This document shows positions 54,917 to 64,000 of a stretch of 64,000 nucleotides of DNA, piece by piece. Made by a program: the position numbers and the translations under genes. Origin of the DNA: an uncultured Lachnospiraceae bacterium (GTDB lineage Bacteria > Bacillota > Clostridia > Lachnospirales > Lachnospiraceae); the NCBI GenBank assembly GCA_900320025.1, contig ONQW01000001.1:18811-82810 (forward strand). The letters are read 5' to 3'. Every line of letters begins with the position of its first letter. The first letter of the stretch is position 1. Below the pieces are notes generated by a model, which saw only the letters and a list, made by a program, of their open reading frames with translations, was not told the origin of the DNA and did not search any database.

Positions 54917-56923
54917 ATGATACTGGCGCTCAGTCACATCAGCAAGGCATTTCTGGAAAAGCCTGTGCTGACAGATATCACCTTCCATCTGGAAAAAGGC
55001 GAAAAAGCAGCGATTGTCGGTGCAAACGGTGCCGGCAAGACGACGCTTCTTCGGATCATTCTCGGAGAATTGGAGCCAGACTCCGGAACAGTCACGCGTT
55101 CAAGGGATCTCACGATCGGCTATCTGGCCCAGAAGCAGAATGTTTCCTCCGGAAATACCATCCGCGCGGAACTTCTCTCTGTGAAGGCACCTCTCATTGC
55201 GATGGAGCAGCAGCTTTCCGATTATGAACAGCAGATGGCTCTGGCAAAGGGAGAAGCTCTTGATTCCCTTATGGAAAAATACAATCTGCTCCAGGACCGT
55301 TTTCGCAACCTGGGCGGATATGGTTACCGCGGTGAGGTCAACGGCGTGCTCACAGGGCTCGGATTCAGCGGTGAAGAGGCAGATCAGCAGATATCCACGC
55401 TCTCCGGCGGGCAGAAGACCCGCGTTGCACTGGGAAAGCTGCTGCTCGAACGGCCGGATCTCATCATACTGGATGAGCCCACAAACCACCTGGATATTGC
55501 CAGCACCGGCTGGCTTGAGAGTTTCCTGCTTTCCTACAAGGGATCGGTCCTTGTTGTCTCGCACGACCGGTATTTTCTCGACCGGATCGTATCGAAGGTC
55601 ATCGAGCTGGAGAACACCCGGTGTACCGTCTTTCCGGGAAATTACACAGCATATGCAGCTGCGAAAAAGAAACTCCGTGACAGTCAGATGCATGCTTACC
55701 TGAACAATCAGGCTGAGATCCGGCACCAGGAGGAGGTCATCGAGAAGCTCCGCCGTTTTAACCGGGAGAAGTCCATCCGCCGCGCGGAGTCCCGCGAGAA
55801 AATGCTCCAGAAAATGACCATAGTCGAGAAACCGGCGGGCCCTGGCGAGGAAATGCGGCTTTCCCTGAAGCCCTGCATTACCAGCGGCCGGGACGTTCTT
55901 CATGTGGAAAATCTTGCCATGTCATTCGGCAGCAATCATCTGTTCTCCGGCATCAGCTTTGACATTCACAGAGGAGAGCATGTGGCGCTCATCGGCGACA
56001 ACGGAACCGGAAAGACCACGATGCTCAAAATTCTGAATGGAATTCTCACACCGGATGAGGGACTGATTCGGACCGGCGTCAACGTTCACATCGGATACTA
56101 TGACCAGGAGCACCATGTCCTGCATGACGACAATACCGTGTTCGAGGAAATTGCGGATGCCCACCCGGATATGAATAACACAGAAATCCGCAATCTTCTC
56201 GCCTCGTTCCTCTTCACCGGGGAGGATGTGTTCAAACAGATCCGCTCTCTTTCCGGTGGGGAGAAGGGACGCGTCTCCCTTGCAAAGCTGATGCTCTCGG
56301 AGGCAAATTTTCTCATTCTGGACGAGCCGACAAATCACCTTGATATTGTTTCGAAGGAAGTACTGGAAAATGCGCTGAATTCCTATGAGGGTACGGTGCT
56401 GTGCGTCTCGCATGACCGGTATTTCATCAATCACACGGCATCCCGCATTCTCTCCCTGACGCATGAGGTGATTCTGGACTATCCCGGCTATACGGACCAG
56501 CCGGCGCCTGCCTGTTATTTCGGCTGTTATGATCATTATCTGGAGAAATCGGGACAGATTGAGGATACGCTTCTTGCCGGTGCGGGCGTGTCAGCCGCGG
56601 GACGGCAGGACAGCGCTTCCGTTTCCTCTCCCGCTGACAATATGATGTCGGAAGAAACCACATCTGGTTCGAAGGACTGGAAGGCGAGAAAAGAGGAACA
56701 GGCGAGACAGCGCAAACGGGAAAACGATCTGAAGAAATGCGAGGACAAAATCAGCGCGCTCGAGGAGAAAAATGCAGCCATCGAACAGGAAATGGCGCTC
56801 CCGGAAAACTGCACGGATCTTGGAAAGCTGAACACGCTGACAAAAGAAAAGGCTGCGAACGACGAATCGCTCGCAGCGCTGTATGATCAGTGGGAGACGC
56901 TCTCCACGGCTGACAGCGTATGA
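54917..56923 (+). CDS. ABC-F family ribosome-associated ATPase (YdiF/Uup-like)
   Basis: Two ABC domains (GANGAGKTT/LSGGQK/DEPTNHLD; GDNGTGKTT/LSGGEK/DEPTNHLD), no TM, coiled-coil C-terminus; start MILAL at 54917 after AGGAG; divergent from rex. Confidence 0.93.
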   Translation: MILALSHISKAFLEKPVLTDITFHLEKGEKAAIVGANGAGKTTLLRIILGELEPDSGTVTRSRDLTIGYLAQKQNVSSGNTIRAELLSVKAPLIAMEQQLSDYEQQMALAKGEALDSLMEKYNLLQDRFRNLGGYGYRGEVNGVLTGLGFSGEEADQQISTLSGGQKTRVALGKLLLERPDLIILDEPTNHLDIASTGWLESFLLSYKGSVLVVSHDRYFLDRIVSKVIELENTRCTVFPGNYTAYAAAKKKLRDSQMHAYLNNQAEIRHQEEVIEKLRRFNREKSIRRAESREKMLQKMTIVEKPAGPGEEMRLSLKPCITSGRDVLHVENLAMSFGSNHLFSGISFDIHRGEHVALIGDNGTGKTTMLKILNGILTPDEGLIRTGVNVHIGYYDQEHHVLHDDNTVFEEIADAHPDMNNTEIRNLLASFLFTGEDVFKQIRSLSGGEKGRVSLAKLMLSEANFLILDEPTNHLDIVSKEVLENALNSYEGTVLCVSHDRYFINHTASRILSLTHEVILDYPGYTDQPAPACYFGCYDHYLEKSGQIEDTLLAGAGVSAAGRQDSASVSSPADNMMSEETTSGSKDWKARKEEQARQRKRENDLKKCEDKISALEEKNAAIEQEMALPENCTDLGKLNTLTKEKAANDESLAALYDQWETLSTADSV

Positions 56924-57058
56924 ATATTCTTGTCAGCCATCGGGCCGACAGATGTAATCCACGCTCCCCGGGACAGCCTCTCATTGTCTCGTGCTCCGCA
57001 CTTGATGATGAGCGGCCGCCAGGGGTCCTGCCCCTGCAGGCAGGCCATAGTTTCGATA

Positions 57059-58276
57059 TCAGCCGCGCGCCAGCTCTGTATCGAGGGAATTTCGGACTGC
57101 AAGAATGAATGCCTCCGTGTCCAGCTTCTCCACATGCGGGAGTCTTGAGATCAGGGCAAGATCCCCGGTCATTCTGCCGGACTCAATGGTGTGAATGACC
57201 GCTCTCTCCAGCGCATCCGCGAAATGCACCAGATCCGTGAGCCCGTCCAATTCTCCGCGCTTCCTGAGCGCGCCGGTCCAGGCAAAGATCGTCGCCACAG
57301 AATTGGTACTGGTTGGTTCTCCCTTCTGATATTTATAATAATGGCGCTGCACTGTACCATGGGCAGCCTCATACTCATAAACTCCGTCCGGGGATACCAG
57401 AGTCGAGGTCATCATCGCAAGGGAACCGAATGCCGTGGCCATCATATCGCTCATCACGTCCCCGTCATAATTCTTCAGCGCCCAGACAAAACCGCCTTCA
57501 GAGCGGATGACACGGGCCACAGCATCATCAATCAGCGTATAGAAGTAGGTCGTTCCGATGACATCCATCTTCTCTTTGTATTCTGTGTCGTACAGATACT
57601 GAAAGACATCGCGGAACCGTCCGTCATAAACCTTTGAAATGGTGTCCTTGGTGGAAAACCACAGGTCTTCCCTGACAGAAAGCGCGTACTGGAAACAGCT
57701 CCTGGCAAAACTCTCTATGCTGTCATCACGGTTATGCATTCCCAGAATGACACCGGGACCCTCAAACTGATAAACGGTCTGCCGCGACGTGGTTCCATCC
57801 TCACCGGTGAAAACCAGCTCCGCCTTCCCTGCTGCTGGAACACGGTATTCCACATCGCGGTACACATCCCCATAGGCATGGCGTGCCATTGTGATCGGTT
57901 TTTTCCAATTTTTAACATAGGGTTCAATTCCACGCACCAGAATCGGTGCCCGGAATACAGTCCCGTCCAGAACAGCCCGGATGGTTCCATTTGGACTCTT
58001 GTACATCCTCCGAAGGCCGTATTCTTTCATGCGTGCGTCATTCGGTGTGATTGTCGCGCACTTTACTGCAACACCGAGCCTTTTTGTCGCCTCCGCCGCC
58101 TCCAGCGTGACCTGATCATCCGTCTCATCGCGGTGAACCAGGCCGAGATCATAATACTCGGTTTTGAGATCGATATAGGGAAGAAGCAGGTCCTTCTTTA
58201 TCATCTTCCAGATGACTCTTGTCATCTCATCCCCATCCATCTCAACTAGCGGCGTTTTCATGGCAATCTGATTCAT
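57059..58276 (-). CDS. icd: NADP-dependent isocitrate dehydrogenase
   Basis: [51 protein letters not shown]. Confidence 0.96.
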   Translation of the reverse strand: MNQIAMKTPLVEMDGDEMTRVIWKMIKKDLLLPYIDLKTEYYDLGLVHRDETDDQVTLEAAEATKRLGVAVKCATITPNDARMKEYGLRRMYKSPNGTIRAVLDGTVFRAPILVRGIEPYVKNWKKPITMARHAYGDVYRDVEYRVPAAGKAELVFTGEDGTTSRQTVYQFEGPGVILGMHNRDDSIESFARSCFQYALSVREDLWFSTKDTISKVYDGRFRDVFQYLYDTEYKEKMDVIGTTYFYTLIDDAVARVIRSEGGFVWALKNYDGDVMSDMMATAFGSLAMMTSTLVSPDGVYEYEAAHGTVQRHYYKYQKGEPTSTNSVATIFAWTGALRKRGELDGLTDLVHFADALERAVIHTIESGRMTGDLALISRLPHVEKLDTEAFILAVRNSLDTELARG

Positions 58277-58312
58277 ACGTCTCCCTCTGCCGCACCCTCC
58301 GCGGCGTCACAA

Positions 58313-59056
58313 TCAGGCTTTCTTCCCTTTTTCCTCCGGTTTTGCTCCATCATTATGGTCTGGCGCATCTGCTGCGCCGTCCTCATTGTCGATCAGCCCA
58401 TTTTTGACCATATTCTCATAGGCATTCAGCATGTGCTCGTGCGCCAGCTTTTCAGCCAGTGCGGCATCCCCTGCCTTGATAGCTTCCATGATGCCGCGAT
58501 GTTCCTTGTTGGATGCTGTGGCCCGGTCTCTGGTGGACAGCGTCTTCTGCCGGACGCGCTGTACATATTGATGATAATCAATGAGAAGATGCTCCAGCAT
58601 TTTGGAATCACAGGCAGCATACAGAATTTCATGGAACCGGTTGTCAAGTTCCGTGATCTGCTCCAGATGGCCGCGCGCCGCATGGTACTCCGCCAGATAG
58701 ACGTTCTCCTCCATCTCCTCCATCTGTTCCTTTGTGATGTGATCTGTTGCCCAGCGCGCACACAGTCCCTCCAGTCTGGAACGAATCATATAGATATCCC
58801 GCACGTCCTTGGAACTGATCCCGGTGACATATGCCCCGCGGTTCGGGATGATCTGAATGAGTCCCTCCAGCTCAAGCTGCCGGAAAGCCTCTCTGACCGG
58901 CGTGCGGGAGACGCCCATCTCCTCTCCGATTGCGACCTCCTTCAGCTCCTCATGCTCCTTGTATTTGCCATTGAGAATGTCCTCTCTCAGCTTACTGAAG
59001 ACGCGCCCTCTGAGTGAATACTTATCCGATACTTCCCTTTTGACGTCAAAATCCAT
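58313..59056 (-). CDS. GntR/FadR-family transcriptional regulator with FCD domain
   Basis: LREDILNG..., GVSRTPVREAFRQLELEGL, DNRFHEILY, EHRGIMEAI; start MDFDV at 59056. Confidence 0.92.
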   Translation of the reverse strand: MDFDVKREVSDKYSLRGRVFSKLREDILNGKYKEHEELKEVAIGEEMGVSRTPVREAFRQLELEGLIQIIPNRGAYVTGISSKDVRDIYMIRSRLEGLCARWATDHITKEQMEEMEENVYLAEYHAARGHLEQITELDNRFHEILYAACDSKMLEHLLIDYHQYVQRVRQKTLSTRDRATASNKEHRGIMEAIKAGDAALAEKLAHEHMLNAYENMVKNGLIDNEDGAADAPDHNDGAKPEEKGKKA

Positions 59057-59135
59057 CGCTGCCTCCCTCTGCCGCGCCTTCTGCCGCGGGCTGCTCAATT
59101 TTCCCTGCTGTGCTGTCAATACTTACGCCGCACAG

Positions 59136-60581
59136 TCAGGTGGAAGCCGTCCCTCCGGGTTGTGGGAGCGGGATGCCGAGAGTCCTGCATTCTTCTTCTG
59201 TCATTTCTGTCATTTCCTCATCGGTCATGACAGTTACCCGGCCGTCTGCATACTCCCGATCCACCCGGGTCTTGATCTGTCCGACAAGCGGATCCCGTTT
59301 ATCGAGCGCATGTTCTCCGATCAGTCCATAGTGGGCATTGATCCAGAGCGCGATGCCGGCAAGACCGGATGTATTCGAAACCGCCGCAACCGGCGGCCTC
59401 TTCAGAAATTTTGCTGTATCGAAGATGTTGTAGATTTCCTCATTCTTGAGCAGCCCGTCCGCGTGAATGCCAGCCCTGGTGACGTTGAAGTTTCTGCCGA
59501 CGAACGGGGTCATCGGCGGTATCTGATATCCGATTTCTTTCTGATAATATTCGGCAAGATCTGTGATCACGGTGGTGTCCATGCCGTTCAGGCCGCCCTT
59601 AAACTGCGCATACTCAAATACCATCGCCTCAAGAGGTGTATTCCCTGTTCTCTCTCCGATGCCGAACAGGGAGCAGTTGACGCCGCAGCTGCCATACAGC
59701 CAGGCGGTCGAAGCATTGACGACAGCCTTGTAGAAGTCATTGTGTCCGTGCCACTCAATCTGCTCGTTCGGAACTCCTGCGTGGGTGTGCAGAGCATAAA
59801 TTATTCCCGGAACAGAGCGGGGAATGACGGCGCCGGGATAATTGACGCCGAGTCCGAGCGTATCGCAGGCTCTCACTTTGATCGGAATGCCATATTCCTC
59901 CTGCAGCTTCATCAGCTCCAGGCAGAAAGGTACGACATATCCGTATATATCGGCCCGCGTGATATCCTCCAGATGACAGCGCGGGCTGATGCCTTCCTCG
60001 AGACACTCCCGCACAATGGTGAGATAATGATCCATCGCCTGCCTTCTGGTCATTTTCAGCTTCATGAAAATGTGATAATCGGAGCACGAAACCAGAATTC
60101 CGGTCTCCTTGAGGCCCAGCTCCTTCACCAGCTGATAATCTTCTTCCTTTGCGCGAATCCAGCTGGTCACCTCCGGATACTGATAACCACGCTCCAGACA
60201 CTGACAGACGGCATCCCGGTCTTTTTTGCTGTAGAGGAAAAATTCGGAGGCGCGGATCATGCCGTTCGGCCCGCCCAGGCGGTGAAGCTCATCGTAGATA
60301 TGGACAATCTGCTCTGTCGTATAGGGCGCCCGCGACTGCTGACCGTCCCGGAACGTAGTGTCCGTGATCCAGATGTCCTTCGGCATATTGTGCGGAACAA
60401 TTCTGTCGTTGAACGGAATCTTCGGAATTTCCTTATACGGGAACATATTGTGGAAGACGTTCGGTTTCTTCACGTCGTCCAGAATGTACATATGCTCCTC
60501 AATAGACAGGAGGTTGTTATTGCTGTTCATCGCCACCGGGCGATTTTCGAACCCCTTGAAGCTGTCCGGATCATTCATCAT
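59136..60581 (-). CDS. DRE-TIM metallolyase, probably Re-citrate synthase
   Basis: ITDTTFRDGQQ, HLED, CDTLG, HGHNDF, GERTGN, RAGIHADG; no LeuA regulatory domain; in one unit with gntR and icd. Confidence 0.75.
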   Translation of the reverse strand: MMNDPDSFKGFENRPVAMNSNNNLLSIEEHMYILDDVKKPNVFHNMFPYKEIPKIPFNDRIVPHNMPKDIWITDTTFRDGQQSRAPYTTEQIVHIYDELHRLGGPNGMIRASEFFLYSKKDRDAVCQCLERGYQYPEVTSWIRAKEEDYQLVKELGLKETGILVSCSDYHIFMKLKMTRRQAMDHYLTIVRECLEEGISPRCHLEDITRADIYGYVVPFCLELMKLQEEYGIPIKVRACDTLGLGVNYPGAVIPRSVPGIIYALHTHAGVPNEQIEWHGHNDFYKAVVNASTAWLYGSCGVNCSLFGIGERTGNTPLEAMVFEYAQFKGGLNGMDTTVITDLAEYYQKEIGYQIPPMTPFVGRNFNVTRAGIHADGLLKNEEIYNIFDTAKFLKRPPVAAVSNTSGLAGIALWINAHYGLIGEHALDKRDPLVGQIKTRVDREYADGRVTVMTDEEMTEMTEEECRTLGIPLPQPGGTAST

Positions 60582-60630
60582 GGAAGACGCCTCCTGTCTA
60601 GTCAGAATCGTATGGTTTCCATCTGGAGTT

Positions 60631-60672
60631 TGATACTTGTATCATTGTATACACGGGTATCCTTAAAGTCAA
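60631..60672 (-). promoter_or_regulatory. Sigma-A promoter with overlapping palindromic operator candidates
   Basis: TTGACT-17 nt-TACAAT (60644-60672); TGTATACA over the -10 and perfect TGATAC-N2-GTATCA at 60631-60644. Confidence 0.72.
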
Positions 60673-60741
60673 CAAAAAGCCTTGAAATTTACCATGATCG
60701 GCAAGCATCCCTTCATCCAGGCTTCTGACTTGTCCCCTCTA

Positions 60742-60786
60742 TAAAAAAGCCCTGAAGATTGCCGCATAACCGGCAATCTTCAGGGC
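60742..60786 (-). terminator. Intrinsic terminator downstream of leuS and the structured element
   Basis: GCCCTGAAGATTGCCG-gttatg-CGGCAATCTTCAGGGC (16-bp stem) followed by TTTTTT on the minus strand. Confidence 0.92.
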
Positions 60787-60929
60787 AGATTCATAAAATG
60801 GATTGGTCAGCACCCCGAATCTGATGATCAATCTGAGCATGGTGCGTACACATCTGTCAACTTCATCAGGTGATTCGGTGTGCCCGGGCCGTATCGTGTC
60901 CCGGGCACTTACGCCATGGATGCTGAATC
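60786..60929. ncRNA. Candidate structured non-coding RNA, family unassigned
   Basis: Nested complementary segments: GATTCA/TGAATC ends, GTGCCCGGG/CCCGGGCAC hairpin, GCACACCGAATC/GATTCGGGGTGC, CTGATGA/TCATCAG, apical GTG-TACG-CAC; no credible ORF. Confidence 0.5.
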
Positions 60930-60941
60930 ATGATAAGTACA

Positions 60942-63383
60942 TTATTTTTTTACCACAATATTCAGGATCTTTCCGGGAACATAGATTTCCTTCACGACAG
61001 CCGCGCCGTCAAGGAATCTTGCCACGTTGCTCTCCTTCCTCGCTGCAGCGAGTGCTTCTTCTCTGCTGCAGTCAGGCGCTATCTCGATTGTGCCGCGTAC
61101 CTTGCCGTTTACCTGCACACCGATTTTGATCACGGCATCCTTTGTCTTGCTCTCATCATATTCCGGCCACGCGGACAGAGTGAGGAAGGTCTTTCCGTCG
61201 GGGTTTCCTCCGATCTCCTCCCACATCTCCTCTGTGATGTGGGGCGCGAACGGGCTGAGAAGCTTGAGGAATACAGTCAGGTCATACCGTGTGATACTGC
61301 CCGCCTTTGTAAAGGAATTGATCAGCGTCATCAGCGCCGCGATTGCGGTGTTGAACTTCATGCTCTCAATATCCTCGGACACCTTTCGGATCGTCTTCTG
61401 CACTTCCACATCGAGCTGCGGATTTTCCTCCGCGGCTGTGCAGAGATCCGTGAGTCCGTATACGCGGTCGAGGAAACGCTTGCATCCCTTCAGCGACTCT
61501 TCGCTCCAGGGAGCCGCGCTGCCGTAATCTCCCATGAAAAGCACATAGGTGCGCAGGGTGTCCGCGCCATACTGCCTGACAATATCCTCCGGATCGACCA
61601 CATTGCCCTTGGACTTGCTCATTTTCTCGCCGTCCGCACCGAGAATCATTCCCTGATAGGTGCGTTTTGCATAAGGCTCAGGAGTGTTCACCTCGCCGAT
61701 GTCATAGAGAAAATGATGCCAGAATCTTGAATAAAGCAGATGGCGGGTGACGTGCTCCATTCCGCCGTTGTAATGATCCACAGGCATCCAGTATTCCAGC
61801 TTCTTCCTGTCCGCAAATGCCTTGTCATTGTGCGGATCGCAGAACCGCAGATAATACCAGGAAGAACCTGCCCACTGCGGCATCGTATCTGTTTCCCGCT
61901 GCGCAGGTCCGCCGCACTTAGGGCAAGTGCAGTTGACAAAGGAAGGAATCCGCGCGAGAGGACTCTTTCCATCCTGTCCGGGTTCAAAATTCTCCACGTC
62001 CGGCAGGCGGAGCGGCAGCTCATCCTCCGGCACCGCGACGGTGCCGCACTTCGGACAGTGAATGAGCGGGATCGGCTCGCCCCAGTATCTCTGACGGTTG
62101 AACGCCCAGTCCTTCATGCGGTACTGCACGCCCTTGTGACCGATGCCCTTCTCTGTCAGATATTCCCGCATCTTCTCGATGGAGTCCTTCTTGTTGGTCA
62201 GTCCGTCGAGAAATCCGGAGTTGATCATTTCTCCGTCTCCGGTATAGGCCTCCTTTGAGATGTCGCCGCCCTTGATGACCTGTACAATTTCGATGCCGAA
62301 CTTTTTGGCAAAATCATAGTCTCTCTGATCATGTGCCGGCACAGCCATAATCGCGCCGGTGCCGTATCCCATCATGACATAATCCGAGATAAAGATCGGA
62401 ATTTCTTTGCCCGTGATGGGGTTGACGGCGCAGAGACCGTCGATGCGCACGCCGGTTTTGTCCTTGACAAGCTGCGTCCTCTCAAACTCCGTCTTCTTCG
62501 CTGATTCCGCGCGATAAGCTTCCACAGCGTCCCAGTTCGTGATGTTTTTCCGGTACTTGTCAAGGATTGGATGCTCTGGCGCCACGACCATAAAGGTCAC
62601 GCCGTACAGCGTATCACAGCGGGTGGTATAGATTTCGAGCGTCTCGTCCGGAATCGGTCTGCCCTGTCCGTCCGCGACCTGGAAGTTGACAAAGGTGCCC
62701 TCGGAGCGGCCGATCCAGGAGATCTCCTGTTGCTTGATGGAATCCGGATAGTCCACATGATCCAGTCCCTCGAGCAGCTTGTCTGCATAATCTGTGATCC
62801 GGAGGAACCATACATCCTTCGGCATCTGGACGACATCGCTGTGGCAGATGTCACACTTACCGCCCTGAGAATCCTCGTTGGACAGGACTACCTTGCAGTG
62901 CGGGCAGTAATTGACCAGCGTCTTCGAGCGGAACACGAGCCCGTGCTCAAACAGCTTGAGAAAGATCCACTGCGTCCACTTATAGTAATCCGGTCTGGAG
63001 GTAGCGAACTCTCTTGACCAGTCGAAGGAGAATCCGACGTCCTTCAGCTGCTGGGAGAAATGCTCGATATTCTTCTCCGTGATGATATGCGGATGCGTAT
63101 TGGTCTTGATGGCATAATTCTCTGCAGGCAGGCCAAACGAATCAAATCCGATTGGGAATAAAACATTGTAGCCCTGCATGCGGCGCTTTCTCGCCAGAAC
63201 CTCGATACTGGAATAAGCCTTGATATGTCCCACATGCATGCCTGCTCCGGACGGATACGGGAATTCTACGAGGCCGTACCACTTCGGCTTTTTATCAAAA
63301 TCGATGGCCTGGAATGCGCCCGCCTCTTCCCAGCGCTTCTGCCACTTCTTCTCCACTTCCGCATGATTGTATGGCTTTGCCAT
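60942..63383 (-). CDS. leuS: Leucine--tRNA ligase
   Basis: FPYPSGAGMHVGH, GFDSFGLPAEN, DWAFNRQRYWGEPIP, GGMEH, KMSKSKGN, VQVNGKVRG. Confidence 0.98.
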   Translation of the reverse strand: MAKPYNHAEVEKKWQKRWEEAGAFQAIDFDKKPKWYGLVEFPYPSGAGMHVGHIKAYSSIEVLARKRRMQGYNVLFPIGFDSFGLPAENYAIKTNTHPHIITEKNIEHFSQQLKDVGFSFDWSREFATSRPDYYKWTQWIFLKLFEHGLVFRSKTLVNYCPHCKVVLSNEDSQGGKCDICHSDVVQMPKDVWFLRITDYADKLLEGLDHVDYPDSIKQQEISWIGRSEGTFVNFQVADGQGRPIPDETLEIYTTRCDTLYGVTFMVVAPEHPILDKYRKNITNWDAVEAYRAESAKKTEFERTQLVKDKTGVRIDGLCAVNPITGKEIPIFISDYVMMGYGTGAIMAVPAHDQRDYDFAKKFGIEIVQVIKGGDISKEAYTGDGEMINSGFLDGLTNKKDSIEKMREYLTEKGIGHKGVQYRMKDWAFNRQRYWGEPIPLIHCPKCGTVAVPEDELPLRLPDVENFEPGQDGKSPLARIPSFVNCTCPKCGGPAQRETDTMPQWAGSSWYYLRFCDPHNDKAFADRKKLEYWMPVDHYNGGMEHVTRHLLYSRFWHHFLYDIGEVNTPEPYAKRTYQGMILGADGEKMSKSKGNVVDPEDIVRQYGADTLRTYVLFMGDYGSAAPWSEESLKGCKRFLDRVYGLTDLCTAAEENPQLDVEVQKTIRKVSEDIESMKFNTAIAALMTLINSFTKAGSITRYDLTVFLKLLSPFAPHITEEMWEEIGGNPDGKTFLTLSAWPEYDESKTKDAVIKIGVQVNGKVRGTIEIAPDCSREEALAAARKESNVARFLDGAAVVKEIYVPGKILNIVVKK

Positions 63384-63421
63384 GATGCTCGCACCTCCGT
63401 TTACTGCATATACAGTTTTTC

Positions 63422-63450
63422 ATTGTAGCGGCGGTTCCGGAAGAAAGCAA
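63422..63450 (-). promoter_or_regulatory. Sigma-A promoter of leuS
   Basis: TTGCTT-17 nt-TACAAT, about 40 nt upstream of the ATG. Confidence 0.65.
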
Positions 63451-63485
63451 GAGGGGAGAAGACGCTCCCGCGCCTCTCCCCTGCT
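63441..63485 (-). terminator. Terminator-like hairpin downstream of the EF-G paralogue
   Basis: GGGGAGA-GGCGC-ggga-GCGTC-TTCTCCCC followed by TCTTGCTTTCTT. Confidence 0.6.
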
Positions 63486-63543
63486 GCTCAGGCATACAGT
63501 CGGTCTTTGTTTCTATTTATACATTTCCTTTACATATTCCTGT

Positions 63544-63587
63544 TTTTATACTGACAGCTCATGTTATTTTATACTGACAATTCATGT
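63544..63587. repeat. 23-bp-period direct repeat
   Basis: ttttatactgacagctcatgt (63544-63564) and ttttatactgacaattcatgt (63567-63587). Confidence 0.85.
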
Positions 63588-63650
63588 CTGCGCTTGTTCA
63601 GCTGTTTTGCCTACACATAGAGCTGACACTGGAAACCGACACAGGGAAAC

Positions 63651-64000
63651 TCATCCCTCCGCAAAGCCTTCCGCCGCCTTCTGCGCTCTCGCAGCCACCT
63701 CTGCGCTCTGCACATCCGCAGGAGCCTGTTCATATCTTGCAAACTCGTAGGAATACTCTCCGCGTCCGCCGGTCATGGAACGCAGAACCGTGCAGTAATC
63801 GAAGAGCTCCATCATCGGCACATCCGCATCGATGATCTGTTTTCCGCCAGCCTTCGGTGTCATGCCAAGGACGCGTCCCCGCCTCTTGTTGAGGTCGCCC
63901 ATGACATCGCCTGTGTAGGTGTCCGGAACGGTGACATGCAGGGAGACAATCGGCTCCATCAGGACCGGCCCCGCCTCCATGAAGCCCTTCTTGAATGCCT
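63651..64000 (-). CDS. C-terminus of an elongation factor G paralogue (runs off the window end)
   Basis: PVLMEPI, GDVMGDLNKRRGRVLG, VPMMELFDYCTVLRSMTGGRGEY = EF-G domain V; not followed by tuf, so probably not the str-operon fusA. Confidence 0.88.
   Translation of the reverse strand, partial: AFKKGFMEAGPVLMEPIVSLHVTVPDTYTGDVMGDLNKRRGRVLGMTPKAGGKQIIDADVPMMELFDYCTVLRSMTGGRGEYSYEFARYEQAPADVQSAEVAARAQKAAEGFAEG

Noticed and set aside
59136-60581. Annotation as leuA (2-isopropylmalate synthase)
   Set aside because: No C-terminal regulatory domain, RDGQQ rather than RDGEQ, and linked to icd rather than leu genes; not fully excluded without phylogeny.
58857-60728. 623-aa plus-strand ORF
   Set aside because: Antisense shadow of the citrate synthase-like and gntR genes; no recognisable domain.
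60786-60929. Hammerhead ribozyme (CTGATGA) or TPP riboswitch (GGGGTGC, ACCTGAT)
   Set aside because: No stem II plus GAAA after CTGATGA; the TPP-like words are in the wrong order and CTGAGA is absent.
1-64000. Mobile elements, prophage, defence islands, rRNA
   Set aside because: No transposase, integrase, phage, cas or restriction-modification motifs and no rRNA-like sequence recognised; gene content is core and strongly co-oriented.

Overview
A GC-rich Firmicutes chromosomal segment, most likely Lachnospiraceae (inferred from gene order and protein types), made almost entirely of core housekeeping genes. Every supported gene except one (an ABC-F ATPase) is on the minus strand; the long plus-strand ORFs in the track are antisense shadows. 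Contents in coordinate order: pepT (partial), a putative nuclease/HD-protein pair, a GlgX-like protein, a uvrD-dut-rnhA-MutS-like cluster, a serine hydrolase, an LbH acetyltransferase, topB, asd, argH, tRNA-Thr(CGT), a GlgB-like protein, DUF1015-serA-serC, an L,D-transpeptidase, ilvB-ilvD-leuB, yajC-tgt-aroC, proB, two FAD oxidoreductases, a SpoVB-like flippase, ybeY-phoH-rlmH, an NfnAB-type pair, ftsK, yebC, alr-nnr-rex, ABC-F, icd-gntR-(Re)-citrate synthase-like, leuS and the 3' end of an EF-G paralogue. I found no CRISPR array, rRNA, IS or phage/integrase gene. Most notable observations: (1) two full-length glycogen-enzyme homologues (GlgX-like, GlgB-like) with their GH13 catalytic motifs replaced, so candidate pseudo-enzyme subunits; (2) a UvrD helicase whose Walker A exon has no ATG/GTG/TTG and appears to start at ATC; (3) an unassigned ~145-nt structured element between leuS and its terminator; (4) a palindromic operator over the promoter of the citrate synthase-gntR-icd operon; (5) short tandem duplications at the alr 3' end, in the FtsK linker and upstream of leuS. 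All protein assignments come from motif recognition by eye, not database searches.
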